DNA of 36,030 nucleotides from a virus (IMGVR_UViG_3300033696_000004:1-36030), one strand, 5' to 3'. Counted from the stretch's first letter, positions 7,236 to 17,347 are shown. The notes: generated by a model not told the origin, from the letters alone. Numbers and translations are program-made.

Positions 7236-7297
7236 TATTGACATCACAAATGGGTTATGATATCATAACCCTATCCTAAACAAAGTGAGTAAACATT

Positions 7298-7810
7298 ATG
7301 AAAATTACTAAGCAACAATTAATAGAACTAAATGCTTGTGAACGTGGATTGGAACGGTTTATTGAACAAACCGACGATACGGACAAACCAGTTGAAATTG
7401 TGTCGTTAATTGGTGGCGAAAATACCATTGGTGATCTTACTTGGTTAGCTGGTAAGATTTGCGATAAGAAAGATATTATTAAATTTGTGTGTAAATGCGC
7501 TTTGATTAATATCGAGTTAATTAAACCATATACCGATAAGTACGATCTTATTGTTGGTTTCTTGAATAATCCATTTGATGATACTCGTTTTGATGTTCGT
7601 ACTGCTTATGCTACGCGTACTGCTGCATTTTCTGTTCGTAATGTCGATAGTACTTCGTATACCGTTCGTAATGCTGCATTTTCTGCTTTTTATGCTGCTG
7701 ATTTTTCTGTTCGTAATTCTGTGGATAATGCTGTGGTTTATGCAATTCATTCTAATCTAAAATCAAAGCCGATTGTTGATCAATACTTAAAAGAATTGTT
7801 TACGAAATAG
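7298..7810 (+). CDS. Hypothetical protein, MKITK paralog 2
   Basis: Shares KCALINIELIKPYTDKYDLIV and QYLKELF. Confidence 0.85.
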   Translation: MKITKQQLIELNACERGLERFIEQTDDTDKPVEIVSLIGGENTIGDLTWLAGKICDKKDIIKFVCKCALINIELIKPYTDKYDLIVGFLNNPFDDTRFDVRTAYATRTAAFSVRNVDSTSYTVRNAAFSAFYAADFSVRNSVDNAVVYAIHSNLKSKPIVDQYLKELFTK

Positions 7811-7858
7811 TATTGACATCACAATGTGTTATGGTATCTTAACCAAAGTTGAATATAA

Positions 7859-8044
7859 ATGAAACATCTTTCAATTAATCAAGTCGAAAAAGTTAATTAC
7901 GAGTTCGCTTATCTTGCAGTAAAAGATTTTGAAGAAGGTGTTGCATTATACACCAAACTAAGTCATACTACATTCTCTAAAGTTGATAACGCACCCGATG
8001 TTCTTCGTTATCTGTATCGTTTATACAAAAGGAAATCATTATGA
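7859..8044 (+). CDS. Hypothetical protein
   Basis: Behind a truncated cassette; ATGA overlap with next gene. Confidence 0.65.
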   Translation: MKHLSINQVEKVNYEFAYLAVKDFEEGVALYTKLSHTTFSKVDNAPDVLRYLYRLYKRKSL

Positions 8045-8490
8045 ATAAAATTAAAATTGGTGACAAAGTTCGTCGCATTGGTGAAACGTTTGGTTCTATG
8101 CTACAAGGTGGAATCTATACGGTGTTAGAAGTTGATCATCAGGACAAAGTTATTGTTCTTAAAGAACTGGATCAATACACATACGATCTTAACTGTTTCG
8201 AATTGGTTCAGGATATCACAATCCCAAATAAACCATTTGGTCAACTTAAACTGAAGGAAAAGCTGTCTATCATCGAAGCATTCTTACGCAACCAGCGTCT
8301 AGAAGTTAGCATGAATGGTCAGCATTGGTCTAATCATATCCTTAACACTGATAGTAAGATTATGAACTGGGATGATTCTTTATACTACCGTGTAAAAGAT
8401 ACAGCTGAAACACAACTAAAGATTGAAGACATTCAATTCAAAATGAAAGAACTATCATCTGAGTTGGATAAACTGAAGGCTGGACTATAA
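8041..8490 (+). CDS. Hypothetical protein, GD-x-V-x-R family paralog 1
   Basis: SH3-like N-terminus, F-x2-L, YRV, C-terminal coiled coil. Confidence 0.8.
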   Translation: MNKIKIGDKVRRIGETFGSMLQGGIYTVLEVDHQDKVIVLKELDQYTYDLNCFELVQDITIPNKPFGQLKLKEKLSIIEAFLRNQRLEVSMNGQHWSNHILNTDSKIMNWDDSLYYRVKDTAETQLKIEDIQFKMKELSSELDKLKAGL

Positions 8491-8732
8491 TGCGCATTTC
8501 ATTTGATGATGTTGAATTACTTGATGTGATCCTAGAAAAAATCACGGGTAAGAGTTCATGTGTATACCTATCAGTTAGTGATTACAATAATGTACGCGGT
8601 GAAGTAATTCGTCGTTATTTTGATGGTAACGGTGGCGAAATCACTGAAGGTGATAATTGGTTTAGTATCGAAGGTATTGATGCTACGTTCTACGAAGATG
8701 AAAACGAAGAAGACTACGACTATAGCGTATAA
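8490..8732 (+). CDS. Hypothetical acidic protein
   Basis: TAATG coupling. Confidence 0.7.
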   Translation: MRISFDDVELLDVILEKITGKSSCVYLSVSDYNNVRGEVIRRYFDGNGGEITEGDNWFSIEGIDATFYEDENEEDYDYSV

Positions 8733-8741
8733 GGAACTATA

Positions 8742-9233
8742 ATGAATAATTTTAAATTTGGTGATTTGGTACGTCGTATTCAGTGTAGTTATGACGAAGT
8801 TAGAGTTGGTGAAGTATATACAGTATTGGATAAAAATGTCAATGGGGGTGACATCCGTCTACACGGGTTGAAAAATTCATATAATCCAATGCGTTTTAAG
8901 AAATTAACAGATGCCGAAGTCCATGATTACTACCATCGTCCATTCTGCAAATTGGAGAAAGAAGAAAAGCTAGTGTTGGTTAATGCACTGTATGACGAAT
9001 CATTAGAAGTGCAAATCTTGTCTAATGGTTGGGTTTCCGTACAAACAGATAACAGTGATGGTGGTATCATGTTTGTTGGTGAACGTGTGTATCGTGCTGT
9101 CAATCCAGCGAAACAAAAGCTAGTAGATTTGGAATCTAATCTGGAAAAGGCACAGGGTATTTTACTAACTACACGCAATGAAGTAGAACAACTAAAGCGT
9201 GATATCATTAAGTGCAAAGAAAGTATTAATTAG
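8742..9233 (+). CDS. Hypothetical protein, GD-x-V-x-R family paralog 2
   Basis: Same architecture as 8041; AAGGA RBS. Confidence 0.8.
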   Translation: MNNFKFGDLVRRIQCSYDEVRVGEVYTVLDKNVNGGDIRLHGLKNSYNPMRFKKLTDAEVHDYYHRPFCKLEKEEKLVLVNALYDESLEVQILSNGWVSVQTDNSDGGIMFVGERVYRAVNPAKQKLVDLESNLEKAQGILLTTRNEVEQLKRDIIKCKESIN

Positions 9234-9296
9234 TAGTTGACAATCAAATGGGTTATGGTATCATAGCCCTATCTTAAACGAAGCGAGTAAAACATT

Positions 9297-9779
9297 ATGT
9301 CATTTTTCGAAGATTTAGATTTATCAATGCAACAAGCTGTAGAAATGAAATCAAATCGTGTTGCGCGTTGGGAAAAGATCAAAAGCTCTATTGATGCAGT
9401 CAAAACTCAAATCGAAACATGCGATGATAACTCTATCTTGATTATCCCAAGCGTTATTGGTGGGTATGAAGTATTAGCATTACCCCGTCCATCTACGATG
9501 AATCTAGCTGAATGTGTTTTACATGCTACAAAGGTTCAAGATACTCGTGTCGAATCGGTTGGTGAAGATGTAATGCAACGTATGGCTTTGACTACTACTC
9601 AACTGATCATGAATGGTAAGTTCTTAGATGTATTCATGAAGATGGAAGATCCACGCCATTCTGTTATGGCTGGTCTATGGCAAATGATTATGTTCTACAA
9701 GAATACTTCTGACTGCGTTGAAGTATTCGCAGATAAGAACGTTGTATTCATTGATGTAAATCTGTTAGAAGTAAAATAA
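9297..9779 (+). CDS. Hypothetical protein
   Basis: Fills the space between two family B cassettes. Confidence 0.8.
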   Translation: MSFFEDLDLSMQQAVEMKSNRVARWEKIKSSIDAVKTQIETCDDNSILIIPSVIGGYEVLALPRPSTMNLAECVLHATKVQDTRVESVGEDVMQRMALTTTQLIMNGKFLDVFMKMEDPRHSVMAGLWQMIMFYKNTSDCVEVFADKNVVFIDVNLLEVK

Positions 9780-9840
9780 GTAGTTGACAATAAAATGGGT
9801 TATGATACCATAACCCTATCTTAAAAGTGAGTAAAATATT

Positions 9841-10260
9841 ATGAAAATTACTAAACAAGAATTGATTGACCTAGATGCTTGTAAATCTGGATTAAATCGG
9901 TTTATTAAACAAACTAATGACACCAATGAACCAGTAGAAATCGCTTCATTGGTTGGTGGTGAAAATACTATTGGTGATCTTACTTGGTTGGCTATTAAGA
10001 TTTGCGACAAGCAAGATCTAATCAAGTTCTCTTGTAAATGTGCATTGATTAACGTAGAATTAATCAAACCTTACACTGATAAGTATGATTTAATTGTTGG
10101 GTTTTTGAATAATCCTAGTAATGGTGATGCTGATGCTGCTCGTGATGCTTGTTCTGATGTTCGTGCTGCTGCTCGTGCTGATAATGATGCTGTTACTTTA
10201 ATAAATGAAGAATCAAAAGTATTGGTTAATCAGTACTTAAAAGAATTATTTGCAAAATAG
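9841..10260 (+). CDS. Hypothetical protein, MKITK paralog 3
   Basis: Paralogy; shorter variable segment. Confidence 0.85.
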   Translation: MKITKQELIDLDACKSGLNRFIKQTNDTNEPVEIASLVGGENTIGDLTWLAIKICDKQDLIKFSCKCALINVELIKPYTDKYDLIVGFLNNPSNGDADAARDACSDVRAAARADNDAVTLINEESKVLVNQYLKELFAK

Positions 10261-10319
10261 TTGGCAATCAAATTGGTTATGGTATCATAGCCCTATCTTA
10301 AACAAAGTGAGTACACATT

Positions 10320-10775
10320 ATGAAAAAGTTATTAGTATCTGCATTAGTTCTAGCGTCATTCTCTGCAACTGCATTAGTATCACCATCACCATCTGAAGAA
10401 TACCCAATGTTCTCTTTGGACAAGAAAGCTGAAATTATGATGGTATGTGGTTCTACTGGTGGTATCAACATGGGTATCATCAACTCAATGAAGACTACAG
10501 TAGATCATAATTCTAGTCCATACCACATGGATAAAACTACTATCAGTTACTCCAACGATAATACGTATGGTCAACCTGATGTTGTTATTCCAGCTCAATG
10601 GTCTCAATACAACAACGCATATGTTATCCAACATATTAGTCCAGAAGTTATTCAGAAAATGGCTGCAACTGGTCTTGTAATCAAACTGAAATTCGGTTAT
10701 GATAATGTACAAGAAGTACGCTTCGATAACCTATTTGGTGATGTGTACTCAATGATGACTGAATATTGCAAATAA
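10320..10775 (+). CDS. Hypothetical secreted/periplasmic protein
   Basis: Sec signal peptide MKKLLVSALVLASFSATA. Confidence 0.8.
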   Translation: MKKLLVSALVLASFSATALVSPSPSEEYPMFSLDKKAEIMMVCGSTGGINMGIINSMKTTVDHNSSPYHMDKTTISYSNDNTYGQPDVVIPAQWSQYNNAYVIQHISPEVIQKMAATGLVIKLKFGYDNVQEVRFDNLFGDVYSMMTEYCK

Positions 10776-10839
10776 GTAGTTGACAAACAAATTGGTTATG
10801 GTATCATAGCCCTATCTTAAACAAAGTGAGTAAAACATT

Positions 10840-11181
10840 ATGCAAATCAAACCTACTGGAATTAAAATTCAATTTACAAAAGAAATCGTAGATAAGATTA
10901 ATTTAATCAATTCAACAATCAAATCTAAGAACATTAATTTCTTATCAATTGATGGGATTTTATACGCTCGTTTGGTTAACGACTGGAACATTTCTATGGC
11001 TGATATTGAGATTAACCCAACCGATGGATGCATAAACGTTAAAATGGCAACCGAGTCACTGGAACATCTGAAGCATTTTAACGAGATTGAAATGGAATTA
11101 CTCCAAGTTGGAAATGACATAACTTTCATGCATGGAAAATCGCATGGAGTTGATTTGAAACTTATGGTATCGGACAAATAA
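10840..11181 (+). CDS. Hypothetical protein
   Basis: Behind family B cassette. Confidence 0.75.
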   Translation: MQIKPTGIKIQFTKEIVDKINLINSTIKSKNINFLSIDGILYARLVNDWNISMADIEINPTDGCINVKMATESLEHLKHFNEIEMELLQVGNDITFMHGKSHGVDLKLMVSDK

Positions 11182-11183
11182 TA

Positions 11184-11366
11184 ATGGATTATAAATTAAA
11201 ACTAACAATCTGGTTGATTATGCTATCAGTAGTGACTACAGCAGCAGTGTATGTCGTTACTGATTTTACAACCGATGGTCAATTAAACTGGCTATCATGT
11301 GTTTATGGAGCAGTATGTACAGTAGTGCTCATTAACGAAATGTATCAAACTTGGATTAAAAAATGA
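11184..11366 (+). CDS. Small membrane protein (2 TM)
   Basis: Two hydrophobic stretches; operon packing. Confidence 0.7.
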   Translation: MDYKLKLTIWLIMLSVVTTAAVYVVTDFTTDGQLNWLSCVYGAVCTVVLINEMYQTWIKK

Positions 11367-12004
11367 AAAATAATACTTCTGGAAAAGCTGTTGTACGTAG
11401 TGCAGCAAAACGTGAAATCGCAGTGAATAATGCATTACTTAAATTGAGTAATATTATTCACAAAAATGGTATAGTTTCTGTTCGTGACATCATCTGTCAT
11501 AAGCTTACTGGTTCGCTTTACACATCATATAAAACTGTGGTGGATAGTAGTGATTGTGGATTTTCTCAAAATGAATGGCAATTTAGTCCAGCATCATGTT
11601 TTCGTTTATCTGGGGATAGTGATGGTCAGTTTTTAGTATGCAACTCGATAAGTGTTATGGATAATTACTTACTCAAAATGTTAGGTTACCAAGTTTTTCT
11701 TGTAGCTGGTCGCTGGCGTATCTCTGGTAAATGTAAGACATTTACTAAGCGTTACAAAGACCGTAGCAAGCGTGGACGTGGAATGTATGTTAATCTTGCT
11801 GATTTTGACCAGAAAATGATGTGCGCATCAAATAATGTACATGAGTTTGATACAACTGAAGTTATTAACGGCATCAAAGAATCAAGTTTGCGCATCAACG
11901 AGTTACAAGTTAAGATCAATGAACTTCAACAAGAACTTGATCATGAACTAAACAACAAAGATGCTTTGGTTGCTATTGTTGAAGAACACATTCACTCTTT
12001 ATAA
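11363..12004 (+). CDS. Hypothetical protein with C-terminal coiled coil
   Basis: 213-aa ORF, ATGA overlap. Confidence 0.75.
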   Translation: MKNNTSGKAVVRSAAKREIAVNNALLKLSNIIHKNGIVSVRDIICHKLTGSLYTSYKTVVDSSDCGFSQNEWQFSPASCFRLSGDSDGQFLVCNSISVMDNYLLKMLGYQVFLVAGRWRISGKCKTFTKRYKDRSKRGRGMYVNLADFDQKMMCASNNVHEFDTTEVINGIKESSLRINELQVKINELQQELDHELNNKDALVAIVEEHIHSL

Positions 12005-12007
12005 ATA
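12000..12007 (+). promoter_or_regulatory. T4-type late promoter
   Basis: TATAAATA upstream of the ORF at 12035. Confidence 0.55.
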
Positions 12008-12034
12008 TTATATTTGAACTTACAAGGATAAATT

Positions 12035-12514
<480 letters not shown>

Positions 12515-12533
12515 TAAATTAAAAGGAAAATAA

Positions 12534-13121
12534 ATGAAATCTTTAATTGATTCATATAAATTAATGGCTATTGGCTTTATCGTGATGATGTTCACGGTGT
12601 TCTCTCCAATGTTAATGGCTTCTAAGTCATTGGTTATTGGTGCTATTGTGGCAAAATTCGTATTAGTAATCGCAATCTGCTTTACGAAGAATGAAAAGAT
12701 TGCTAACATGATGTTCGTTGCATTTGCTGGTCTAGCTGGTCTAGTACTTCACCCAGTAATCTTTATGAGTGGTATCCCAATGGGAACTATTCTACTGGTT
12801 CTAGGTTTAACAGCTACAATGTTCGTTGGTCTTACAGCTTACGCATTATACAGTGGTCGTGATTTCAGTGGTATGCATGGCTTCTTGTTCATTGCTCTGG
12901 TTCTAATGGTTGTAGCTGGTATCATGAACCTATTCATTGGTTCTGGCATCCTAGACTTAGTGTTGGCTTACATTGGTGTTCTGGTGTTTAGTGGATTTAT
13001 TCTGTATGATACTCAAGATATTATCGAAAACGGTCATGAACGTACAACTGCTATGAATGCTCTATCGATGTTCTTAAACATCTTGAACCTATTCTTATCT
13101 TTGTTGCGTATCTTCAAATAA
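12534..13121 (+). CDS. yccA: Bax inhibitor-1/YccA family membrane protein
   Basis: Multi-TM; RDFS, FSGFILYDTQ and AL-x-MFL-x-ILNLF-x2-LLRI motifs. Confidence 0.85.
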   Translation: MKSLIDSYKLMAIGFIVMMFTVFSPMLMASKSLVIGAIVAKFVLVIAICFTKNEKIANMMFVAFAGLAGLVLHPVIFMSGIPMGTILLVLGLTATMFVGLTAYALYSGRDFSGMHGFLFIALVLMVVAGIMNLFIGSGILDLVLAYIGVLVFSGFILYDTQDIIENGHERTTAMNALSMFLNILNLFLSLLRIFK

Positions 13122-13133
13122 TAATGTATAATG

Positions 13134-13160
13134 AAATCCAGACTTCGGTCTGGATTTTTT
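13134..13160 (+). terminator. Intrinsic terminator
   Basis: AAATCCAGAC-TTCG-GTCTGGATTT + T run. Confidence 0.85.
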
Positions 13161-13178
13161 AGTTTATAGGGTATACGA

Positions 13179-13490
13179 ATGAGTTTTAGTATTAAGAAGT
13201 TGACAAATGGGTTCGCTGTTCTTTATAATGATAAGCCAGTACTAGTTGGAAAGGATAATAAGTTCGCTATCCCTAACACTTTAATAAAGATAGAATCGGA
13301 AGAACCAATTCCAACCAAAGCGATGTTGGTAGTTGCTATGAGCAAACCACACGACATGCTATGGGAATTATGCAAATTGGGTGCAGAGTATATGTTCACT
13401 TATACATCAAGTGGTGTTAAAACTGACTCAATTAAACTTTTTGAGAAAAATCTTGGAGATATGTCTGGTAGTCACACAACTTTTATGTAA
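13179..13490 (+). CDS. Hypothetical protein
   Basis: ORF track, operon context. Confidence 0.7.
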   Translation: MSFSIKKLTNGFAVLYNDKPVLVGKDNKFAIPNTLIKIESEEPIPTKAMLVVAMSKPHDMLWELCKLGAEYMFTYTSSGVKTDSIKLFEKNLGDMSGSHTTFM

Positions 13491-13518
13491 TAATAGCTAC
13501 ATCAACTAAGGAGATGTT

Positions 13519-13767
13519 ATGAAATTATCAAAAATTAAGTTAATGGTGTTGTGTCTAGGTGCTTTCTGGTTAACTGGTTGTTCCGATAATCCAGAAGTTC
13601 GTTACGATTATGTCATGCCACAAGAACTTGAAGGTTGTAAAGTGGTAATCATTAAAAACGGCAAAGGTGGTAAGATTAAGGTGGTAACGTGTCCACGTCT
13701 AGACTGCACTTCTTCTACTTACTCAGAAGGTAAAACTACTACAACTACTGCTATTTGTAAGGGATAA
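13519..13767 (+). CDS. Putative lipoprotein
   Basis: Signal peptide with LTGC lipobox; AAGGAG RBS. Confidence 0.8.
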   Translation: MKLSKIKLMVLCLGAFWLTGCSDNPEVRYDYVMPQELEGCKVVIIKNGKGGKIKVVTCPRLDCTSSTYSEGKTTTTTAICKG

Positions 13768-13769
13768 AA

Positions 13770-14057
13770 ATGAGCACACAAGCAAAAGACATCGCAGACC
13801 CACTGGATAAAGAGTTCTTAGATTCAGTTACAAAGTTCTTAGATTTATTTAAAATCTTGAATACAAGTGCAGTTTGGCAAAAGAAACATGGTCATGTTAT
13901 CATGGATGCAGATGGTTGGGATCGTATGAACTATCAGTTCTCGTTCCATGAAGAATTAATCACCGAAAAAGAGTATTTCAATCGTTTACAAAAATCTACT
14001 ATTATGATTCAGCGTGGAAAGAATCGTTTTCCTGACAATGAATATAAGGTAAAATAA
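13770..14057 (+). CDS. Hypothetical protein
   Basis: Operon packing; MDADGWDR motif. Confidence 0.75.
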   Translation: MSTQAKDIADPLDKEFLDSVTKFLDLFKILNTSAVWQKKHGHVIMDADGWDRMNYQFSFHEELITEKEYFNRLQKSTIMIQRGKNRFPDNEYKVK

Positions 14058-14088
14058 ACAGTTAATTTAAAATAGTGAGAAAATAATT

Positions 14089-14340
14089 ATGGCTTTTCTA
14101 CAACAATGTAAATCTGATCGCAGTATGAACTTCCACATGTCAGCAACTCGCATGTTGTGTATTTTTACTGGTTCGGTTGGTGCTGGAATGATTTATAATG
14201 GAATCACTCCAATTGCAATGGTGTTATTCTTCGTAGCAATCTTTTGTACAATGGATCAGACTGCAAAGATTAACTGGAAAATAAAAGACATGGAAACTAA
14301 AAAGTGGACAGGTCGTTCTAAGCGTCAAAAGCGTCACTAA
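14089..14340 (+). CDS. Small membrane protein
   Basis: Two hydrophobic segments, basic tail. Confidence 0.7.
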   Translation: MAFLQQCKSDRSMNFHMSATRMLCIFTGSVGAGMIYNGITPIAMVLFFVAIFCTMDQTAKINWKIKDMETKKWTGRSKRQKRH

Positions 14341-14348
14341 TAATTTAT

Positions 14349-14386
14349 AATGAGTACTTGACGTAATCGAGTACTCATGTTAAATT
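14349..14386 (+). promoter_or_regulatory. Sigma70 promoter overlapped by inverted repeat
   Basis: TTGACG-17-TAAATT; ATGAGTACTTGA/TCGAGTACTCAT. Confidence 0.65.
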
Positions 14387-14415
14387 AAGACCATCAAATC
14401 AATGAGGAATACACT

Positions 14416-14907
14416 ATGAATACGGTTTTTAAAGTTGGCGATAAAGTTAAGCGTACTGGTTGTGACCATGGTAATGTTAAAAATGGTCACATTTACACAA
14501 TTAGTAAATGCGTTAATAATCATTGGTCTATAAAACTATGCGAAGTAAATGGGACTTATGATACACGCATGTTCAAATCAGTTGATGTAGATCCAGAATG
14601 GGTTCATGGTTCTTTTGTCAATCCATTACAAAAGATGTTCAAAGATTTGAATGTCAATGAGCAATTATCTCTGGTCAAAACAACTCTAAATGGTCACCTA
14701 CTGGACTTTAAAGGTCAAGTAGAACACGAATGGCGTACTATCTGCAAGTTGACTCCGCAAGGCGGTCTTGATGTATTCCATCCACATGCTATCATGCGTG
14801 TTAATATTGGACGTGTTCTTCGTCGTGTCGAATTAACGGAGAAAAAGGACAAATTGATAGAACAATTGAAAAAAGTTGAATCCGAATTGGAGAAATTAGA
14901 TGTGTAA
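14416..14907 (+). CDS. Hypothetical protein, GD-x-V-x-R family paralog 3
   Basis: FKVGDKVKR; coiled-coil end. Confidence 0.8.
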   Translation: MNTVFKVGDKVKRTGCDHGNVKNGHIYTISKCVNNHWSIKLCEVNGTYDTRMFKSVDVDPEWVHGSFVNPLQKMFKDLNVNEQLSLVKTTLNGHLLDFKGQVEHEWRTICKLTPQGGLDVFHPHAIMRVNIGRVLRRVELTEKKDKLIEQLKKVESELEKLDV

Positions 14908-15391
14908 GTTTAAAATTGGCGACACCATAATTCGCACTGAGCCATGTAAAGTCAGTAAGATTAAAAAGGGTGATGTATTCAAAGTAGTGGGATACCACCA
15001 TTCAAACCCCATGCATGTTATTCTTGATAAGTATAGAGATGAAGACGACCATTACTTTGAGGGATGTTTCGAATTGTATGCATCTAGTAATGAGTATGTA
15101 TTTGAAAACCAAACACATCGTAAGTTTTCTAACTTAACAATCTCAGAAAAGAAAAATTTAATGTGTGGAGCATTAGATCCAGATTATACATTAGAAATGT
15201 TTGACAGTATTGTGTGGAAACCTATCAACAAGAACAATTCTAACGGTGGGATTGACGAGTTTGTAGGTTCTGCTTATTATCGGGTTCTACACAATAAAAC
15301 AGAAAAGACTAATCAAATTATGAAACGGATTTTGGAAACTGAAGACAAGTTAAAATCATTAAAGGAAGAGTTAGAATTATGTTTGAAGTAG
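14900..15391 (+). CDS. Hypothetical protein, GD-x-V-x-R family paralog 4
   Basis: FKIGDTIIR; NSNGGI..FVG..YYRV similar to 8742. Confidence 0.8.
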   Translation: MCKFKIGDTIIRTEPCKVSKIKKGDVFKVVGYHHSNPMHVILDKYRDEDDHYFEGCFELYASSNEYVFENQTHRKFSNLTISEKKNLMCGALDPDYTLEMFDSIVWKPINKNNSNGGIDEFVGSAYYRVLHNKTEKTNQIMKRILETEDKLKSLKEELELCLK

Positions 15392-15858
15392 GTGATTACA
15401 TTCGTCGCACTGGCACTGGTTCTCATCATGGGTTGAAGAGTGGTGCTGTTGTACAAATCAGTAAATGTTGCGGTATTAACAAGAATTATGTTAGCATCCG
15501 TGGATTTGGAGACAATCTATTTCATGTAGCTAATTTCGTTCTCGTAAACCACGACCCAATCGCAAATAAGACGTTTGGTGAACTAACCCACGAAGAACGT
15601 GCGGTTCTTATCAATTCTGCCATTAATGGTGATAGTATTGATGTATACAACGCATACTATGGTTGGATGACTTACAATGTGTTTGATGAACAGGGTAACA
15701 TGGATGGGTTCCGTCAATGGTCCCATTATCGGGTTACTTCAAAAGAAGAAGCTGAACGTCGTGATAATCGCATCAGAGAAATTGAGTCAGAAATTGAGTC
15801 AATGACGCAACGTCGTAAACTTCTGTTAGAAGAAAAATCATTTATTACTAAAAAATAG
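15379..15858 (+). CDS. Hypothetical protein, GD-x-V-x-R family paralog 5
   Basis: FEVGDYIRR; NKTFGEL; HYRV. Confidence 0.8.
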   Translation: MFEVGDYIRRTGTGSHHGLKSGAVVQISKCCGINKNYVSIRGFGDNLFHVANFVLVNHDPIANKTFGELTHEERAVLINSAINGDSIDVYNAYYGWMTYNVFDEQGNMDGFRQWSHYRVTSKEEAERRDNRIREIESEIESMTQRRKLLLEEKSFITKK

Positions 15859-15860
15859 TA

Positions 15861-15901
15861 TTGACAATTTGGTGGGTTGGTGTGATAATCAACCCACCAA
15901 A
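15861..15901 (+). promoter_or_regulatory. Sigma70 promoter with -10 in the loop of a 12-bp inverted repeat
   Basis: TTGACA-17-GATAAT; TTTGGTGGGTTG/CAACCCACCAAA. Confidence 0.7.
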
Positions 15902-15917
15902 ACAAAGGAGTTTTATT

Positions 15918-16142
15918 ATGAACAAGCAACGAGCATTAAATTTATACCATGCAATGAAGAAAGCTAAGTTTAATCATCAGCAAATTGTATCAGTTTGCGA
16001 AAAAATTAAAATACAGCATAACATTGATGTATTTTCATTATTGAATCGTGGTAAACCTCAGAACCGTTATAACATTAATAACTACGCAACTGGTAGTGGC
16101 GGTCGTTCTATGGCTCAGTATAAATCTGGTCATGTTGTTTAA
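15918..16142 (+). CDS. Hypothetical protein, 74 aa
   Basis: Start moved to ATG 15918 behind AAGGAG. Confidence 0.75.
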   Translation: MNKQRALNLYHAMKKAKFNHQQIVSVCEKIKIQHNIDVFSLLNRGKPQNRYNINNYATGSGGRSMAQYKSGHVV

Positions 16143-16160
16143 TTAAGTGAGTATTATATT

Positions 16161-16664
16161 ATGAGTAACGAAAGTTTGAACATTACGTTGGATCCAATTA
16201 CGGATCAACACATCCATGACTTACAAGCTGGCAAAATCCGCACACAACGTGTGAAACCATCTGCCGAAAACATCCAGATGCTAAAGACATTTTTAATCGA
16301 GCAATGGGACATTGCACTACTTGAAATGGCTGAAGATACGTGTGGAGATTTGTCAAATTCGTGTATTCCAGTAGTATTATTTACTAATGCGGTATTTGGT
16401 GGGTCGTTGGATGGTACTAGCAAGCATATCTATAACATTGTTACAGTATCAAGCATGGTGAAAGGTAGCGTATTGCACAATCACAGAGCAGCACCGTTAG
16501 TACTCGACATGACAGAGCATTCCAAGCGTACCCAAGGACTGGGTTGGATTTGGGATAACGATGCGCAGTTTTTATTAAGTAAAGAATTGTTCACAATGTT
16601 CGAAGAATACCTTGACATTGTTAATGTTTGGGTAGATAATTACAATACTAAATTCAAAAAGTGA
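16161..16664 (+). CDS. Hypothetical protein
   Basis: GTGAG RBS as in family B genes. Confidence 0.75.
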   Translation: MSNESLNITLDPITDQHIHDLQAGKIRTQRVKPSAENIQMLKTFLIEQWDIALLEMAEDTCGDLSNSCIPVVLFTNAVFGGSLDGTSKHIYNIVTVSSMVKGSVLHNHRAAPLVLDMTEHSKRTQGLGWIWDNDAQFLLSKELFTMFEEYLDIVNVWVDNYNTKFKK

Positions 16665-16674
16665 GAATAAAATT

Positions 16675-17079
16675 ATGAGTCTGACTACTACGTACAAACA
16701 AAAGCTTTTGGTTCTTAAAGAGATTGTTTCTACAATCGATTTTGAAAACTTAAACCCAATGAAAATAATGGCTTTACGTCAAATTGTTAATGAAATCGGA
16801 TTTGCGAAGAGTCGGATGGAAGCTACACCATATTTGATGAAAATCAAACGCTTGAGCACTGAAAATGGATTGGAATGTAGTAAGGAAGCATTACAAGAGT
16901 TCACGATTTTACTTGAAATGTATGGAGAAATGCGCCAGTATGCAGATGGAACACCAACCAATCCATCCAAAATAGTACATCAAGGATGGATTGACTTAAT
17001 CGATAAAGCTATCGAAGATTCTCATAGCCGTACTTTACGATTGCAAGCAGATGCTATCCTGCAAACACGTTCGAACTAG
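16675..17079 (+). CDS. Hypothetical protein
   Basis: Operon packing; 26-bp convergent overlap with PAAR gene. Confidence 0.7.
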   Translation: MSLTTTYKQKLLVLKEIVSTIDFENLNPMKIMALRQIVNEIGFAKSRMEATPYLMKIKRLSTENGLECSKEALQEFTILLEMYGEMRQYADGTPTNPSKIVHQGWIDLIDKAIEDSHSRTLRLQADAILQTRSN

Positions 17080-17347
17080 AGTCTGCAACGGTATCGCCAC
17101 AAGTAACACCGTCGCCCATACGGACTACAGCTTTACCGTTAATGAATACAGTTCCAGTTGAAGCAATACAAGTACCACCATGAGTATCAAATGGTTTTAC
17201 CAGTCTCGTGTGTGGTACAATCGGGTCACCGTGTAATAATACTTTCTTTCCATTGATTGTTACGGTAGACGATGAAGCAATACAAGTTGTGGGTGGGAAC
17301 TGGTCGTGACCAGTAGTTTTCGCACCATCTAAAGCAATTCCAGCCAT
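17054..17347 (-). CDS. gp5.4: PAAR-family spike tip protein
   Basis: TTGHD-x-FPPT, PH, HGG, VFINGKAVVRMGD-x3-CGD. Confidence 0.92.
   Translation of the reverse strand: MAGIALDGAKTTGHDQFPPTTCIASSSTVTINGKKVLLHGDPIVPHTRLVKPFDTHGGTCIASTGTVFINGKAVVRMGDGVTCGDTVADSSSNVFAG

Larger units (their letters stand above)
6405..10839 (+). repeat. Early cassette family B: 8 dispersed copies (6405-6464, 6675-6731, 7236-7297, 7811-7858, 9234-9296, 9780-9840, 10261-10319, 10776-10839)
   Basis: Consensus TTGACA-17-TATCAT with GGGTTATG/CATARCCC inverted repeat, then TATCTTAAAC-AAGTGAG-TAAACATT-ATG; some copies degenerate. Confidence 0.85.

Noticed and set aside
7720..7728. Perfect DnaA box TGTGGATAA
   Set aside because: Single copy inside a variable coding segment; expected by chance
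7009..7760. Diversity-generating retroelement variable repeats
   Set aside because: No reverse transcriptase or template repeat here; variation is not adenine-specific and includes indels
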